A stretch of 26,856 nucleotides of DNA from a virus (Duplodnaviria > Caudoviricetes), in IMG/VR virus record IMGVR_UViG_3300027813_000069, positions 1 to 26,856 of that record. One strand, 5' to 3'. The notes under the pieces are model-generated. The model was not told the origin of the DNA. It saw only the letters and a list, made by a program, of their open reading frames with translations, and ran no database searches. Shown one piece after another: positions 25,477-26,856 of the stretch. Positions within the stretch are counted from its first letter, which is position 1, and the number at the start of each line of letters is the position of its first letter. The position numbers and the translations under genes were made by a program.

Positions 25477-26589
25477 TTATTTGTCCTCACCAAGAAGATT
25501 TTTTGGCTCAAAGTCATAGTTAGGAGTCTCCATTTGATGCGGCTGCCCACCAGCAGTAGGTATAGATGGGTCAGGTTTATTATGAGCAGGTGTGCCACAA
25601 CTTCCGCCTTGTGCTTGCATTGGTGTAGGTGCTTGCCCTTTAAATGTTCCGCCAGTACCCATAAATTCAATAACTGAATCAACAACCATTTGCTCTTCTC
25701 CTACTTCAAGCATCATAGCACCGTCATTCATTCGGTCTAACTCATCATCCATTGAAATACGAATTGGAGAATATACTCGTCCCTTCGTGGCTCCCATATC
25801 TAGAATATCAAAGTTTTCGTCATCGACATAACTAATATTAATAGGGATAGTAGAACCAGTAACAACAGTAGCAGTTTTATCAAACGCTTTTGCCAGATGC
25901 TGTCCGAGAGAATCACAACCCAAGAAGTGGTCAGCACTCGCAATCATAGACGCCCATAATCTAAGATTAGGTTCTTTGGGCATAGCAACCTGATGGTCTG
26001 GGTTTTTTGTGAGAGGGAGTGGCAATTCACTCATTACGCACACACCATATTTTACTCGGAGTTGGTCAATGATATTTACAATATTTTGTACTTCAAAAGA
26101 ACGTGAAGTAGGGTCAATCATAAAGTCTCCCATTGGAGTAATAGAACGTCCGAATGGTTGAACAATGACAATCTTGTCTTTCTTTAATCCCGCTTTCATC
26201 TCTTGAATGGTCTGATAGCCAGTGACCATCTCTTGCTTACTAAGTTTTAGTGTGGGTTTTGGAAGTTCTCGTGGTTCGTCAAGTCCATTGATTTCAATAT
26301 CAAACGCTTGAGCCAGAGAACATTCTTGATTGAAGTATGCGTTAATTCGATACGGTTCTAGTGTAACCAAGTCCTTGTCTTTCAAATGTTCATTGAATAG
26401 ACCTTTGTGCCAGACTTCGTATGCTTTATTCTGAAGGACAGGATGTCCTCGATATAAATCCATACCACCTTCACATACGATTACGAAATCAGAATCACCT
26501 GAATCTTCAGCATATCGCTCAAATGCTGGAATAGAACATAGTACCCTGCCGGCACCACCATTGATAAAGAACGCTTTAGAACGTGCCAT
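25477..26589 (-). CDS. Glycosyltransferase family 9 (heptosyltransferase)-like protein
   Basis: N-terminal GGAGRVLCSIPA (compare GT9 GGxGDxL...P), IVIVQPFG, and ADHFLGCDSLGQHLAKAF (compare GT9 A..F.G.DSG..HLAAA); adjacent to heptose genes. Confidence 0.7.
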   Translation of the reverse strand: MARSKAFFINGGAGRVLCSIPAFERYAEDSGDSDFVIVCEGGMDLYRGHPVLQNKAYEVWHKGLFNEHLKDKDLVTLEPYRINAYFNQECSLAQAFDIEINGLDEPRELPKPTLKLSKQEMVTGYQTIQEMKAGLKKDKIVIVQPFGRSITPMGDFMIDPTSRSFEVQNIVNIIDQLRVKYGVCVMSELPLPLTKNPDHQVAMPKEPNLRLWASMIASADHFLGCDSLGQHLAKAFDKTATVVTGSTIPINISYVDDENFDILDMGATKGRVYSPIRISMDDELDRMNDGAMMLEVGEEQMVVDSVIEFMGTGGTFKGQAPTPMQAQGGSCGTPAHNKPDPSIPTAGGQPHQMETPNYDFEPKNLLGEDK

Positions 26590-26637
26590 TATATTTCACC
26601 TCACTGTTAATTATAAAAATCATCTTAAATTACAACT

Positions 26638-26666
26638 ATTATAACATAAACGGTATTACGTGTCAA
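26638..26666 (-). promoter_or_regulatory. sigma70-type promoter for the GT9/carbamoyltransferase/hldD operon
   Basis: GGG-TTGACA-17 nt-TATAAT with a TGT extended -10. Confidence 0.9.
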
Positions 26667-26710
26667 CCCTTTTTGTTATAATATTTTGTTCTTTACTTGA
26701 TATCTACTAT

Positions 26711-26718
26711 TATTTATA
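26711..26718 (-). promoter_or_regulatory. T4 late promoter upstream of the sugar-modification operon
   Basis: TATAAATA directly after the upstream terminator. Confidence 0.7.
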
Positions 26719-26723
26719 AACCT

Positions 26724-26757
26724 AAAAAAGCCCCCATTCTGACGAACGGAGGCTTTT
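26724..26757 (-). terminator. Rho-independent terminator
   Basis: AAAAGCCTCCGTTC-GTCA-GAATGGGGGC-TTTTTT on the minus strand. Confidence 0.85.
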
Positions 26758-26778
26758 AAATTACTATTTAACTAGATT

Positions 26779-26856
26779 TTACTCATCAACACCAGTGATT
26801 GGAGCCAATTGAGCCATAGCATCAGCATCATCGGCAGTACGTTCAGAAATCCGAAT
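26779..26856 (-). CDS. 3' end of an unidentified gene entering from the right edge
   Basis: Open frame IRISERTADDADAMAQLAPITGVDE-stop followed by a terminator. Confidence 0.6.
   Translation of the reverse strand: MRISERTADDADAMAQLAPITGVDE

Overview
The window is part of a T4-like (myovirus-type) dsDNA phage genome, probably environmental or marine, and almost every gene is on the minus strand. In transcription order (right to left) it carries: (i) a sugar-modification island with a GT9/heptosyltransferase-like protein, two tandem NodU/CmcH carbamoyltransferases, HldD, and an inverted plus-strand HldE + cupin pair; (ii) two small membrane proteins; (iii) the canonical virion module gp13-14-15-16-(ORF)-17-(Zn-finger ORF)-18-19-20-67/68-like-21-22-23-gp3; (iv) uvsY-uvsW-2OG-Fe(II) oxygenase-Sm-like gene; (v) a ~750 bp non-coding, highly structured region bounded by two sigma70 promoters; and (vi) the 5' part of the late sigma factor gp55, which the ORF track misses. 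T4 late promoters (TATAAATA) and a phage-specific sigma70-type promoter (GGGTTGACA-N17-TATAAT) are directly readable. The most notable signals are the structured non-coding locus (candidate origin and/or ncRNA), the NDP-heptose/carbamoyl glycosylation system beside the virion genes, and an identically spaced Cys mini-motif in both the neck (gp13) and sheath (gp18) proteins. All calls come from motif recognition and synteny; no database search was run.
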